In this document: positions 27,583-37,325 of the stretch, piece by piece
Numbering within the stretch: position 1 is the first letter of the stretch
Layout: every line of letters begins with the position of its first letter
NCBI GenBank assembly: GCA_004297215.1
Contig: SCUM01000002.1
Location: 6,270-70,269, forward strand
DNA length: 64,000 nucleotides
Reading direction: 5' to 3'
Source: Patescibacteria group bacterium
Lineage (GTDB): Bacteria > Patescibacteriota > Patescibacteriia > UBA9934 > GWF2-40-263
The notes under the pieces: generated by a model
Told to the model about the DNA's origin: nothing
The model's database searches: none
The model's input: the letters and a program-made list of their open reading frames with translations, nothing else
Translations under genes and position numbers: made by a program

Positions 27583-29424
27583 TCACGGCGCAGGCGGCAA
27601 CGTCCTCCCCGGCGACGGAAGGGTGGTGCAGGCGGTGGATGACGGGCGGCCGTGGCAGCAGAACGGTTCGGTTTGGGTGACGGCGCAGCGGCCGGCGGGG
27701 TCCGCGTTGTCCGGCCCGAACGACGGGTACAGGCAGAACTGGTTCCCCCCTTTCACCCCTTTGGTGACGAGCGGGTAGTAGTTGCACGCCTGGATTCCGG
27801 CGGTATCCTCGTCGCAATCCACGTCGGGCGGCAGGAAGGTGGGGTGCGAGATGGACACGCGCGTGGCCTCGACTTCGTCGTCCCCGATCGCCGGGATCCC
27901 GCCCGCGCCCAGGTTCTCGCTGCGCGGCACGAACGACATGGGATAGGAGGGATCCGGGAACAGCTGGACGTTGCTCCCGTTGAGGGTCGTGACGAGCATG
28001 CCCATGGTGAACGTGATCGTGACCGGTCGGTCCACCTCGACGTCCCCTTCTTCCACGTTCGGGGAGATGGTGCCGATCTCGGGCGTGCGCGCGTCGATGG
28101 CAGAACCCGTGTGGAACGGGTCGGACGCGAAATCGTCCGCTCCCTTCCCCTGCGCGATGTCGTCGTCATTGCCGTCCAGGCTGTTCCCCGAAGCGTCGGT
28201 GAGGCCGTCGAACGACGCGCCGAACAGCCGCGCCTGGGGCGGCTCGGTGGAAAGCGTGGCGGCGTGCGCGAGCAGGTGCAGGTCCTCGTTGAACGGCAGG
28301 CAGAAGACGGTGTCGCCGCATTGGTCGCGCGCGCAGGCGACGTCGGGGACGAACTCCACGGTGCGGTAGCCGTTGCCGATGCGGTAATCGCCGTTCACGG
28401 GCGTCGCGTCCCCCTTCAACACCTCGAGATGGCCGAAGCTCCCTCCCGCGCCGAGCGTTCCCGTGCTCGATACCGGGTCCATCGGCTCATTGAAGGTGAT
28501 CTGCACCGCCGTGTTCGGCGAGCGCGTGCCGCCCACGGGGCTTACGGAAACGACCTTTGGCGGGGTGAGGTCAACCTCGGTAGACACCTCGAACGTCCAC
28601 GCGTATCCCTGGTTGTTGGTCCCCGTGAACGCGTCGCGGCCGTTCGCGAGCTTGATCGTAGGCTGCAGCATCACGGTATAGTTGGTGTCTTCCGTGGGGC
28701 TGCCGAGCAGCGGGACCGGGTCGAATACGAACGTGCGAGCCTCCGCATCGAAGGTGATGGCCAGCTGATCCTGGGGCAGGATGTCGGCGCACGAGGTGAG
28801 CGGACGGGCCGAAGCGCAGGCGGCCGTGGGGTAGATGAGGACGCGGCCCGGGACGGAATCCGCGGCGATCGGTTCCTTGAACGTCACGAACACGCGCACG
28901 TTGCGCGGGATGTCGAGCGCGTTGCGCGGCGGATAATGGTCCTGCACGATGCCTGCGCCAAGCGATCCGGAGAGCGGCTCGATGAACGCGCTCGCGTCGC
29001 GCGCCACGATGCCGCCCGCCCCGAGGGCGCGGGCGAGCATGTTGATGACGAAGGAGGCGATGGCGTAGGAGAGGAGGATGATGGCGAGCCCGACCACCGC
29101 CTGGATGATCGTCGACTTCGCCGCCTCCACCTTCTTGGGGTCGCCCGCCGCGGTCATGTACCGGAATCCGGCGTAGATGAGCAGCACGACGAGCACGATG
29201 CCCGTGACCCCGATCACTCCGCGGATGATGCGCGCGACGATGAGCGAAAGCGGCTGCGTGGACAGCCCCGACGCCTGGGCGAACGCGAGGTTCGCTTCCT
29301 GCGCCTGCGCCTGCCCCGCCGTGAGGCCCGCGCACAGCAACACGGCCGCAAGCACGCCAAGCGCTGCGCGCGAACGCTTCATTGTCCATGGCGTGACAAG
29401 CATGGGGACGGGTTTGGATGCCAT
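27583..29424 (-). CDS. Pilin-headed protein with three Ig-like domains
   Basis: IYAGFRYMTAAGDPKKVEAAKSTI..AVVGL; VTFKEP, ITFNEPMD, ITFTMGM Ig strands; exact start uncertain. Confidence 0.8.
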   Translation of the reverse strand: MASKPVPMLVTPWTMKRSRAALGVLAAVLLCAGLTAGQAQAQEANLAFAQASGLSTQPLSLIVARIIRGVIGVTGIVLVVLLIYAGFRYMTAAGDPKKVEAAKSTIIQAVVGLAIILLSYAIASFVINMLARALGAGGIVARDASAFIEPLSGSLGAGIVQDHYPPRNALDIPRNVRVFVTFKEPIAADSVPGRVLIYPTAACASARPLTSCADILPQDQLAITFDAEARTFVFDPVPLLGSPTEDTNYTVMLQPTIKLANGRDAFTGTNNQGYAWTFEVSTEVDLTPPKVVSVSPVGGTRSPNTAVQITFNEPMDPVSSTGTLGAGGSFGHLEVLKGDATPVNGDYRIGNGYRTVEFVPDVACARDQCGDTVFCLPFNEDLHLLAHAATLSTEPPQARLFGASFDGLTDASGNSLDGNDDDIAQGKGADDFASDPFHTGSAIDARTPEIGTISPNVEEGDVEVDRPVTITFTMGMLVTTLNGSNVQLFPDPSYPMSFVPRSENLGAGGIPAIGDDEVEATRVSISHPTFLPPDVDCDEDTAGIQACNYYPLVTKGVKGGNQFCLYPSFGPDNADPAGRCAVTQTEPFCCHGRPSSTACTTLPSPGRTLPPAP

Positions 29425-29440
29425 TCTACACCCAAAACGA

Positions 29441-29470
29441 AAAAAGACCCCTGTGGAAAGGTCTTTCTTT
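29441..29470 (-). terminator. Terminator-like hairpin
   Basis: AAAAAGACC..GGTCTTTCTTT. Confidence 0.5.
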
Positions 29471-29697
29471 CACCGGCTCCCGAGCGCGGCCGTGAACGCC
29501 GCGAATGCGCCGGCCACGGCGAGCGTCCCGAGCGTCCCTTTGACGATGCCGTGCAGGGCGTGGTGCTCGTCGTCGTCGCGCCCGCTGCAGATCATCATCT
29601 GGAAGGCGCCCACGAGGATCATGTTCACGCACACGATGCCGAGCATGGGGAGAAACCCGCGCCCCACCTGCAGGGCCTCCGTGACGAACGGGCTCAT
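29470..29697 (-). CDS. Small two-TM hypothetical protein
   Basis: 75 aa; ATGA overlap with the YqeY gene stop. Confidence 0.55.
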   Translation of the reverse strand: MSPFVTEALQVGRGFLPMLGIVCVNMILVGAFQMMICSGRDDDEHHALHGIVKGTLGTLAVAGAFAAFTAALGSR

Positions 29698-30137
29698 GCG
29701 AGCGCCGATTCCACGGCCTTCTTCACGCGCGCGCCGTCGGCGAGCCCCGCGACCGCCTTCATCGCGACCCCCATCGCACGCCCCGTGTCCGCCTTCGACG
29801 TGAGGCCCGCCCCGGAAAGCGCCTCGCGCACCTTGGCGTCGAGCGCGGCGTCGGAGAGCTGGGAGGGCAGGTACGCCTCGAGCGTGGCGATCTCCCCCGC
29901 GACCGGATCGGCCAGGTCGGTGCGCCCGGCGGCCGTGAACGACTCCGCAGAATCCCTGAGCTGCTTGATCTGCGTTCGGATCACGGCAAGCGCCTCATCG
30001 TCGGTGAGCGCGCGCATGAGGTCGATCTCCTTGTTCTTAAGCGCCGTCTTGAGCATCCGGATGGTGGAAAGCTTCGCTGCCTCCTGCGCCTTCATGGCCG
30101 CCTTCATGTCGTCGTTCACTTGGGTGATGATGGGCAT
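29694..30137 (-). CDS. yqeY: GatB/YqeY domain protein
   Basis: DMKAAMKA, IRMLK, YLPSQL, GRAMG; follows rpsU. Confidence 0.9.
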   Translation of the reverse strand: MPIITQVNDDMKAAMKAQEAAKLSTIRMLKTALKNKEIDLMRALTDDEALAVIRTQIKQLRDSAESFTAAGRTDLADPVAGEIATLEAYLPSQLSDAALDAKVREALSGAGLTSKADTGRAMGVAMKAVAGLADGARVKKAVESALA

Positions 30138-30164
30138 AACGGGATATCAAGGAAAAGCCGGCGT

Positions 30165-30410
30165 TTAGCGCCGGCGGGGTCCCTTCCGTTCCTCTTCGAT
30201 CAGCTTGCCGGTCTTCACGAGGTACTCGCGGGCCTCGCGCTTGTCCTTGCGGCGCAAGGCGCTGCGGTGAAGCGAGTTCTTGCTCTGCTCCGGCTCGTGG
30301 AACCGGTGCTTGCGGGCCTCAAGCAGGCGGCCGCTCTGCTGCACCCGGCGGGTGAAGCGGCGGAACAGCCCTTCGAAGCTCTCTCCCTTGCGGCGTTTCA
30401 CGTCGACCAT
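30165..30410 (-). CDS. rpsU: 30S ribosomal protein bS21
   Basis: VKRRKGESFEGLFRRFTRRV; rpsU-yqeY synteny. Confidence 0.8.
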   Translation of the reverse strand: MVDVKRRKGESFEGLFRRFTRRVQQSGRLLEARKHRFHEPEQSKNSLHRSALRRKDKREAREYLVKTGKLIEEERKGPRRR

Positions 30411-30428
30411 AATGGGCTCGAGTGTGCC

Positions 30429-31847
30429 TTAGGCCTCCGGCGATGTCAAGGGCTCCGCGGGCGGGACCGGCGGCGGCGCGGGGACGATCGGCATATCCGG
30501 AGCCGTCGCGAGCTTCTTCTTCACGAGCGCGACCACCTTGTTGACGTCCACGATCTCCTGGGCGCCGCTCTCCATGTCGCGGATGATGATGGTGCCGTCG
30601 AGCACCTCCTTCTGCCCCAAGATGAGGGTGTAGGCGGAACCGAGCTTGTTCGCCGCCTCGAGCTGCGCCTTGAGCGCGTTCTTGCCGAACGCCTCGGCTA
30701 CCTGGATCTCCGCCTTGCGGAACTCCTCGAACACCTTGAGGCCCACGCGCCTCGCGGCGTCGCCCAGCTGGGCGAAGAATACCTTCGCGCGCGGCCGCAG
30801 TTCCGGGTTGATCCCCTTCTCCCCCATCGCCTTCACGATGCGTTCGATGCCGACCCCGAACCCGCAGGCCGGCGTGGGACGTCCGCCCAGGACGTCCATG
30901 AGCCCGTCGTACCGGCCGCCGCCTCCAAGGGCGTTTTGCGCGCGCTCCCCCGCGTCGCCCGCGAGCCAGATCTCGAACACGGTGTGCGTGTAATAGTCGA
31001 ACCCGCGCACGAGGTGCGGATTGAGCTGGTAGGGCACCTGCATCTCATCCAGGAACTCGAGCACTTTCATGAAATGGTTCTTGGAATCCTCGTCGAGCCA
31101 GTCCACGACCTGCGGGGCGCCGGGGAGCAGTTCCAGGAGCGCCGGATCCTTGCTGTCGAGCAGGCGCAGCGGGTTCTTCTGCAGGCGCTTCTTGTCGTCC
31201 TCCGAAAGCTTCGAGCGATGGGGGCGGAAATAGCTCGTGAGCTCCGTGAGGTAGCTCGCGCGGGATTCGGGCGTGCCGATGGAGTTGATCTGCACGGTGA
31301 TCTCGAGCCCGAGGTCCTTGAACATCTGCGAGGCGATGATGATGAGTTGCGCGTCGATGATCGCCTCGTTCACCCCGAGCACCTCGAACCCGATGCTGTG
31401 GAATTGGCGGTACCGGCCGGCCTGGGGCCGGTCGTGGCGGAACATCGGCCCGTCGTACCACAGCTTCACCGGCTGCGGCAGGTTGAGCATGCCGTGGTTG
31501 ATGTAGGCGCGGCACACGGAGGCGGTGGCCTCCGGGCGCAGGCTCACGGAGTCGCCGGACGGGTCCTCGAAGGTGTACATCTCCTTCTCCACCACGTCCG
31601 TGCTCTTGCCGAGCGGGCGCAGGAACACCTCGGTCCGCTCGAGCACAGGAAGGTCGATGCGATCGAAGCTGTAGGCGTCGGCCATGGCGCGGGCCGCGTC
31701 GCGCACGGCCTGGAAGCGGCCTTGCTCCTCCGGCAGGATGTCGCGGAAGCCGCGCAACAGCTCGGGCGGCGCTTTCTGCTTCTTGCCCGGAATGGGGAGG
31801 GCGGCGCCGGTTTCCGGGAGCGGGGCGGGTTTCTTTCTCGGGATCAT
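30429..31847 (-). CDS. hisS: Histidine--tRNA ligase
   Basis: RGFRDILP, KEMYTF, LRPEATA, FRHDRPQAGRYRQF, LVRGFDYY, GGGRYD. Confidence 0.97.
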   Translation of the reverse strand: MIPRKKPAPLPETGAALPIPGKKQKAPPELLRGFRDILPEEQGRFQAVRDAARAMADAYSFDRIDLPVLERTEVFLRPLGKSTDVVEKEMYTFEDPSGDSVSLRPEATASVCRAYINHGMLNLPQPVKLWYDGPMFRHDRPQAGRYRQFHSIGFEVLGVNEAIIDAQLIIIASQMFKDLGLEITVQINSIGTPESRASYLTELTSYFRPHRSKLSEDDKKRLQKNPLRLLDSKDPALLELLPGAPQVVDWLDEDSKNHFMKVLEFLDEMQVPYQLNPHLVRGFDYYTHTVFEIWLAGDAGERAQNALGGGGRYDGLMDVLGGRPTPACGFGVGIERIVKAMGEKGINPELRPRAKVFFAQLGDAARRVGLKVFEEFRKAEIQVAEAFGKNALKAQLEAANKLGSAYTLILGQKEVLDGTIIIRDMESGAQEIVDVNKVVALVKKKLATAPDMPIVPAPPPVPPAEPLTSPEA

Positions 31848-31854
31848 ACGGTTC

Positions 31855-32469
31855 CTAAAAGTTATACGCGGGCGCCGGGAAGGCGCCGGCGCGGGAGAGC
31901 GGCAATCCGCGCACCCACACCCTGCCGACGATGTTCTCCCGCGCGACCGGGCCGAACGTGCGGGAATCGAGGCTTTCGTCGCGATTGTCCCCCATCACGA
32001 AATACTCGCCGGGCCCGAGCGTCTTCTTGAGCTTGCCGTTGGTGACCGTGTCCACCAGGTACGGCTCGTCGACCTCCTTCCCGTTGGGATAGGCGTCGTT
32101 GAACACCGTCACCGCGTTATCGGCCACTTCCACCGTCTCCCCCGGCAAGGCGATCACGCGCTTGATGAAGAACTGGCTGGGATCCTTCGGATAGCGGAAC
32201 ACCACGATCTCGCCGCGCTCCGGCTCCCGCACGCGATACGACAGCTCGTCGATGATCAGGTACTCGTGATCGTAGAAATTTGGCTCCATCGAGGCCCCCT
32301 TCACGTAAAACGGCTGGATGAGGAAATACCGGATGGGAATGATGATGGCGGCCGAGATGATGACGATCTGCACCACCTCGATGAGGAACACGGCGATCGC
32401 GCCCACGGCCGGCCCGAACCTGCGGTGCCAGAAGGTGTCCATCGGGGTGTGGTGGCGGTGTTCGAGCAT
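31855..32469 (-). CDS. lepB: Signal peptidase I
   Basis: PFYVKGASMEPN, IKRVIALPGE, FVMGDNR..S.DSR; start uncertain (32442 or 32469). Confidence 0.95.
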   Translation of the reverse strand: MLEHRHHTPMDTFWHRRFGPAVGAIAVFLIEVVQIVIISAAIIIPIRYFLIQPFYVKGASMEPNFYDHEYLIIDELSYRVREPERGEIVVFRYPKDPSQFFIKRVIALPGETVEVADNAVTVFNDAYPNGKEVDEPYLVDTVTNGKLKKTLGPGEYFVMGDNRDESLDSRTFGPVARENIVGRVWVRGLPLSRAGAFPAPAYNF

Positions 32470-32573
32470 GCAGAAACGATTTCCTTCGAGGATATCACGG
32501 ATTCCGCCCCGGTTCAAGGGTCTTGCCTGAACAGCCGTCGGATGCTACGATCTGCCCGGTTCCTCGACCTTCA

Positions 32574-32650
32574 GGACGTTTAGCTCAGCTGGTTAGAGCG
32601 CACCGTTCACATCGGTGAGGTCGCTGGTTCGATCCCAGCAACGTCCACCA
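32574..32650 (+). tRNA. tRNA-Val(CAC)
   Basis: GGACGTT..AACGTCC-A-CCA; anticodon arm CACCG-TT-CAC-AT-CGGTG. Confidence 0.95.
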
Positions 32651-32678
32651 AAATCCACCCGGCGACGGGTGGATTTTG
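32650..32678 (+). terminator. Terminator after tRNA-Val
   Basis: AAAATCCACCCG-GCGA-CGGGTGGATTTT. Confidence 0.75.
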
Positions 32679-32736
32679 TTTCGCGGAAGGATGGTTGAAA
32701 TGCCCGAGGGTTTGTCGTATCATCCACCGCAACGCT

Positions 32737-34305
32737 ATGGACAAGCCGAAGGTCGATTTCCTCCGCGAGAAGTACCAACTCGACGCTTCGCCCCGGAAGC
32801 CGATTCTTTTTTTCGGCCGCCTGCTCGCCCTGTTCCTCGCCGCGGGTTCCGTCGCGCTCGCCGCGCTGTCGTTCAACGTGGATTGGAGCGGTGAGAGCGG
32901 CGGCTCGTTCCCGAGCTTCAACCTGTTCTCCACCCTTCGCCACCTCGTCTCCTCGGAGGACCGGGAGCTGCGGGGCGAGAAGGACGACCGGGTGAATTTC
33001 CTGCTCCTGGGCGTGGGCGGCGCCGGGCATGAGGGGCCGCAGCTCTCCGACACGATCCTGTTCGCGAGCCTCAAGCCGTCCACCGAGCAGGTCGGGCTGC
33101 TCTCCATCCCGCGCGACATGACCGTGCCGATCCCGGGGTACGGCTGGCGCAAGGTGAACAATGCCAACGCCTTCGGCGAGAACGCGGAGCCCGGTTCGGG
33201 CCCGGCGCTCGCCGGAGAGGTGATCGGCGACGTGCTCGACCAGACGGTCCACTATTACGTGCGCGTCGACTTTGACGGGTTCGCGCAGGTCGTCGACGAA
33301 CTGGGAGGGCTCGACGTGTTCGTGGACCGCGCGTTCACCGACGAGCAGTATCCGATCCTCGGCAAGGAAGAGGCCGAATGCGGAAGTAAGGCGGACAAGG
33401 CCGCAGGCGATAAGGCCTCGGCGGCTGAAGCCTTCATGCCTGAAGCCTTCACGCCTCCCCCTGACTACTCCTGCCGATTCGAACTCCTGTCGTTCAAGCA
33501 GGGATGGACGCACATGGACGGCGCCACGGCGCTCATGTTCGTGCGCTCGCGCCATGGGAACAACGGCGAGGCGTCCGATTTCGCGCGTTCGCGCCGGCAG
33601 CAGAAGCTCCTGCTCGCCATGCGCGAGAAGCTCGTTTCCACCGAAACGCTGCTGAACCCCGGGCGCATCGCCAGGATCCTGGACGCGGTGCGCGAGAACG
33701 TCGCCACCAACCTCCAGCTGTGGGAGATCATCCGCCTTGCCGGCCTCATGAAGGACCTCGATCCGGCCAAGGTGGCGAGCCGCGTGCTGGACGCCAGCCC
33801 GGAGTCGCCGCTGTACGCCACGAGCCTCAACGGCGCCTACGTGCTGCTCCCGAAAAACGACGACTGGCGCCCGATCGAAGCGATGGCCGCGGACATCTTC
33901 AACGCGGCGTCAGCCGCGCTCGCCGCCACCCCGCCGAAACCGAAGATGGTCAACATCGAGGTGCAAAACGGCACCACGGTGAACGGCCTGGGCTTCCGCA
34001 CCTCCCAGCTGCTCGAGAAACAAGGGTTCACGGTGTCCAAGGTGGGCAATGCCAAGGACCGCGCCTACGAGCACACGGTCGTGTACGACCTCACCGACGG
34101 CAAGGCCCCCGACGACCTCAAGGCGCTGCGCACGTTCCTCGAGGCGGAAGTCACCCGCACGAGCGGCGGCTGGGTGAGGCCGGGCGACGTGTTGCCGCGA
34201 GAGCTCTCCGTGACTCCCGAAGACCCTTCTGCCCTCGCCACGGACTCGACCGTTGACTTTTTGGTCATCTTGGGGCAAAATTCCGCTGACTTAGCGAGGA
34301 ATTAA
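32737..34305 (+). CDS. LCP (LytR-CpsA-Psr) family protein with C-terminal LytR_C domain
   Basis: NFLLLG, SDTI, SIPRD, VDELGG, FVRSRH, DFARSRRQQ; IEVQNGT..GL, VGNA. Confidence 0.92.
   Translation: MDKPKVDFLREKYQLDASPRKPILFFGRLLALFLAAGSVALAALSFNVDWSGESGGSFPSFNLFSTLRHLVSSEDRELRGEKDDRVNFLLLGVGGAGHEGPQLSDTILFASLKPSTEQVGLLSIPRDMTVPIPGYGWRKVNNANAFGENAEPGSGPALAGEVIGDVLDQTVHYYVRVDFDGFAQVVDELGGLDVFVDRAFTDEQYPILGKEEAECGSKADKAAGDKASAAEAFMPEAFTPPPDYSCRFELLSFKQGWTHMDGATALMFVRSRHGNNGEASDFARSRRQQKLLLAMREKLVSTETLLNPGRIARILDAVRENVATNLQLWEIIRLAGLMKDLDPAKVASRVLDASPESPLYATSLNGAYVLLPKNDDWRPIEAMAADIFNAASAALAATPPKPKMVNIEVQNGTTVNGLGFRTSQLLEKQGFTVSKVGNAKDRAYEHTVVYDLTDGKAPDDLKALRTFLEAEVTRTSGGWVRPGDVLPRELSVTPEDPSALATDSTVDFLVILGQNSADLARN
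33387..33456. repeat. AAGGC/GCCTT-family repeat lying in frame inside the LCP gene
   Basis: AAGGCGGACAAGGCCGCAGGCGATAAGGCC..GCCTTCATGCCTGAAGCCTTCACGCCT. Confidence 0.7.
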
Positions 34306-34374
34306 TGGCGAGAAGACCTCAGGCGGACAAGGCCTCAGGGTCCTCATGCCTTCACGCCTGCGGCCTTACCGCCT
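34306..34374. repeat. AAGGC/GCCTT-family repeat filling the LCP-der spacer
   Basis: CCTCAGGCGGACAAGGCCTCAGG..GCCTTCACGCCTGCGGCCTTACCGCCT. Confidence 0.75.
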
Positions 34375-35751
34375 ATGTCTCCCTCCCCCATCCCCTCCAT
34401 TGCCCTCATCGGCCGCACCAACGTCGGGAAATCGACGCTGTTCAACCGTCTCACGGAAACCCACAAGGCGATCGTGAGCGACGTGGCCGGCACCACCCGC
34501 GACCGCATCGAGGGTGATTGCCTTTGGCGCGGGAAGGTCGTGAAGGTGGTGGACACGGGCGGGCTCGACGTGGAGCGCACGAGCTCGATCGAGGACGACG
34601 TGGTGAAGCAGGCGAACTTGGCCATGAAGCGCGCCGACGTGATCCTGTTCGTGATGGACCAGAAGGTGGGCCCGCTCCCGCAGGACCGCAAACTTGCCGC
34701 GGAGCTCGCCCGCTCAGGACGACGCGTGATCGCCGTCGCCAACAAGACCGAAGGGGCCGCGGCCAACGCGGACGTCGCCACGTCGCCGGAATGGCGCCTC
34801 GGCGCGCTCCCGCCCGCCCTCGCGGTGTCGGCCATCAAGGGGACGGGGCTCGGCGACCTGCTCGACGAGGTCTATGCGCTCCTCAAGAAGGACGGCCGCG
34901 AGCCCGCGGAGATCTCCCAGGTGAAACCCGTGCGCGTGGCGGTCATCGGCCAGCCTAACGTGGGCAAGTCCTCCATCCTGAACGCCATCCTGGGCGAGGA
35001 ACGGTTCATCGTCTCCCCCATCGCGCACACCACCCGCGACCCCAATGACGTGCAGGTGGAAGTGGGCGACCGCACCTACGTGCTCGTGGATACGGCCGGC
35101 ATCCGCAAGATGCACAAGGTGCGCGAGAAGGGCGGCCTCGAGCGCGCGAGCGTGGAACGGGCGCGCAAGCTCCTTGAGCGCACTGACACGGTGCTGTTCG
35201 TGCTGGACGCGAGCCAGGGGCTGGCCTCGCAGGAGCGCACGCTCGCCGGGATGCTCGCGGAGGCGAACGTGGGCGTGATCGTGGTCGTGAACAAGTGGGA
35301 CCTCGTGCCCGACAAGACGCCGGGCACCGCGGCGGAATACGAACGGATGGTTCGTCGGGAGCTCCCGTTCATCTCCTGGGCGCCCATCGTGTTCGTGTCC
35401 GCGATCACGAACAAGCGCATAAACGAGCTGTTTGATATCATCGACCAGGTGGAGACCAGCCGGCACATGGTCGTCACCGAGGAAGAGCTCGACGCCTTCC
35501 TGCGCGAGACCACCAAGCGCCATCTTCCCTCCCGCGGCAAAGGCCCGTCGCACCCCAAGGTGCTCGGCCTCGTGCAGACCGGTATCGCGCCGCCCACCTT
35601 CCACCTCACCGTGAAGGCGAAGCAGACCGACGTGCTGCACCCAAGCTACCTGCGGTATCTTGAGAACCGCCTCCGCGAACATTTCGGCTACAAAGGGAGC
35701 CCGATCGAGATCCGCATCAAGGTGGCGACGGCGGTGTCACTGAGAAAATAG
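34375..35751 (+). CDS. der: Ribosome biogenesis GTPase Der (EngA)
   Basis: Two G domains: GRTNVGKST/DTGG/NKTE and GQPNVGKSS/DTAG/NKWD. Confidence 0.96.
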   Translation: MSPSPIPSIALIGRTNVGKSTLFNRLTETHKAIVSDVAGTTRDRIEGDCLWRGKVVKVVDTGGLDVERTSSIEDDVVKQANLAMKRADVILFVMDQKVGPLPQDRKLAAELARSGRRVIAVANKTEGAAANADVATSPEWRLGALPPALAVSAIKGTGLGDLLDEVYALLKKDGREPAEISQVKPVRVAVIGQPNVGKSSILNAILGEERFIVSPIAHTTRDPNDVQVEVGDRTYVLVDTAGIRKMHKVREKGGLERASVERARKLLERTDTVLFVLDASQGLASQERTLAGMLAEANVGVIVVVNKWDLVPDKTPGTAAEYERMVRRELPFISWAPIVFVSAITNKRINELFDIIDQVETSRHMVVTEEELDAFLRETTKRHLPSRGKGPSHPKVLGLVQTGIAPPTFHLTVKAKQTDVLHPSYLRYLENRLREHFGYKGSPIEIRIKVATAVSLRK

Positions 35752-35823
35752 GCAGGAAGGCCTCAGGCGACAAGGCCTCAGGGAAAACACCTTCATGCCT
35801 TCACGCCTGAGGCCTTACCGCCT
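35750..35823. repeat. AAGGC/GCCTT-family repeat in the der-pth spacer
   Basis: GAAGGCCTCAGGCGACAAGGCCTCAGG..GCCTTCACGCCTGAGGCCTTACCGCCT. Confidence 0.75.
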
Positions 35824-35832
35824 CTCACCACT

Positions 35833-36360
35833 ATGAAACTCATCGTCGGCCTCGGGAACCCTGGCAACGAATACGCGAAGACGCGGCACAATGCTGGTTT
35901 TCTCGTCCTTGACGAACTCGCAAACAGGTTGGCCGTCTCGTTTTCAGGAAAAATAGCGCTGAAAGGCGAAGTCGGGGAAGCGCCGAACGAGAAGCTCGTC
36001 CTTCTGAAACCTTCCACCTTCATGAACCTTTCCGGCGAAGCGGTGAAGGCGGCCGCGGCGAAGTATCGGATTGCGCCGAAGGACATCCTCATCGTGCTCG
36101 ATGACGCGGATATCGCGTTTTCGGAACTCCGTCTGCGCGAAAGCGGTTCGGCCGCCGGACACAACGGGATGAAATCCATCCTTGAGCAATTCCCCGCTGA
36201 CACGTCCGTCGCCAGACTGAAAGTTGGCATCGGACGCGATGAGTCCGGCCACATGCCGCTCGACGAATGGGTGCTCGCGAAATGGACAAAAGAAGAGGCA
36301 GCTGCGCTGCCCAATCTCGTCTCGAAGGCTGCGGATAAGGCGCAAGAGTGGTATGGATGA
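35833..36360 (+). CDS. pth: Peptidyl-tRNA hydrolase
   Basis: LIVGLGNPG..Y..TRHNAGF, KPSTFMNLSG, GHNG. Confidence 0.96.
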   Translation: MKLIVGLGNPGNEYAKTRHNAGFLVLDELANRLAVSFSGKIALKGEVGEAPNEKLVLLKPSTFMNLSGEAVKAAAAKYRIAPKDILIVLDDADIAFSELRLRESGSAAGHNGMKSILEQFPADTSVARLKVGIGRDESGHMPLDEWVLAKWTKEEAAALPNLVSKAADKAQEWYG

Positions 36361-37225
36361 CATCCGCGGGCTCACGCTCGCGGATTTCGAATATCCGCCG
36401 CGGCTCAAGCAGATCCACGACCCGCCCGAACCGCTGTTCGTGCGCGGGAATCTGCCCGACCCGACGCGGCCGCATCTGGCCGTGGTGGGCACGCGCACGC
36501 CCACGCGTTACGGGCATGAGGCCGTGGAGCGCCTCGTCGAGCCGCTCGCGCGCGCCGGAGTGGTCATCGTGAGCGGCCTCGCGTTCGGGATCGACGGCCT
36601 CGCGCACCGCTCTGCGCTCGATGCGGGAGGGACGACGCTCGCTGTGCTCGGGTCCACGCTCACCGATACGAAGATCTATCCTGCCACCAACCGGCCGCTC
36701 GCGGCCGAGATCATCGCGCGCGGCGGGGCGCTGATGTCCGAAATGAACGATGCATCGCCCATAGGCGCATTCAATTTCCCGCGCCGTAACCGCATCATCG
36801 CCGGGCTGTGCCAGGCCGTTCTCATCGTGGAAGCCGCCAAGAAATCCGGCTCCCTCATCACCGCGCGCTGCGCCCTCGACGAAGGCCGCGACGTGATGGC
36901 CGTCCCCGGCCCCATCACCTCGGAGCTCTCGGAAGGGCCGAATCGCTTGTTGAAATCCGGCGCGATCGCGGTGATGTCCGCCGAAGACGTGCTCGAGGCG
37001 CTGCAGCTTTCCATCCCCACCGCCAAACCCCAGCTCTCGCTCTTCATCGCCGAATCTCCCGAAGAAGACGCGCTCATGAAGGCGCTCGCCGACGCCACGC
37101 TGCACATGGACGAACTCGTCCGCGCCACCGGTCTCCCGGCCGCATTGGTTGGCGGCACGCTCACGCTGCTTGAGATGAAGAACGTGGTGAAAAACGCGGG
37201 CGGGAGGTATTGGGCACGAGTCTAA
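36353..37225 (+). CDS. dprA: DNA-processing protein DprA
   Basis: YP..L..I.DPP, VVGTR, VSGLAFGID, FPRRNRII, VEA..KSGSLITA; C-terminal winged helix. Confidence 0.95.
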   Translation: MDDIRGLTLADFEYPPRLKQIHDPPEPLFVRGNLPDPTRPHLAVVGTRTPTRYGHEAVERLVEPLARAGVVIVSGLAFGIDGLAHRSALDAGGTTLAVLGSTLTDTKIYPATNRPLAAEIIARGGALMSEMNDASPIGAFNFPRRNRIIAGLCQAVLIVEAAKKSGSLITARCALDEGRDVMAVPGPITSELSEGPNRLLKSGAIAVMSAEDVLEALQLSIPTAKPQLSLFIAESPEEDALMKALADATLHMDELVRATGLPAALVGGTLTLLEMKNVVKNAGGRYWARV

Positions 37226-37325
37226 AGGAAAGAGCCTCGCATAAGTGCGAGGCTCCGTCGTACGCAAGGACAAAGGGCAAAGGTTCATAGGACTAGGACG
37301 CCCTAAGTGCCTAAACCCCAAGTTC

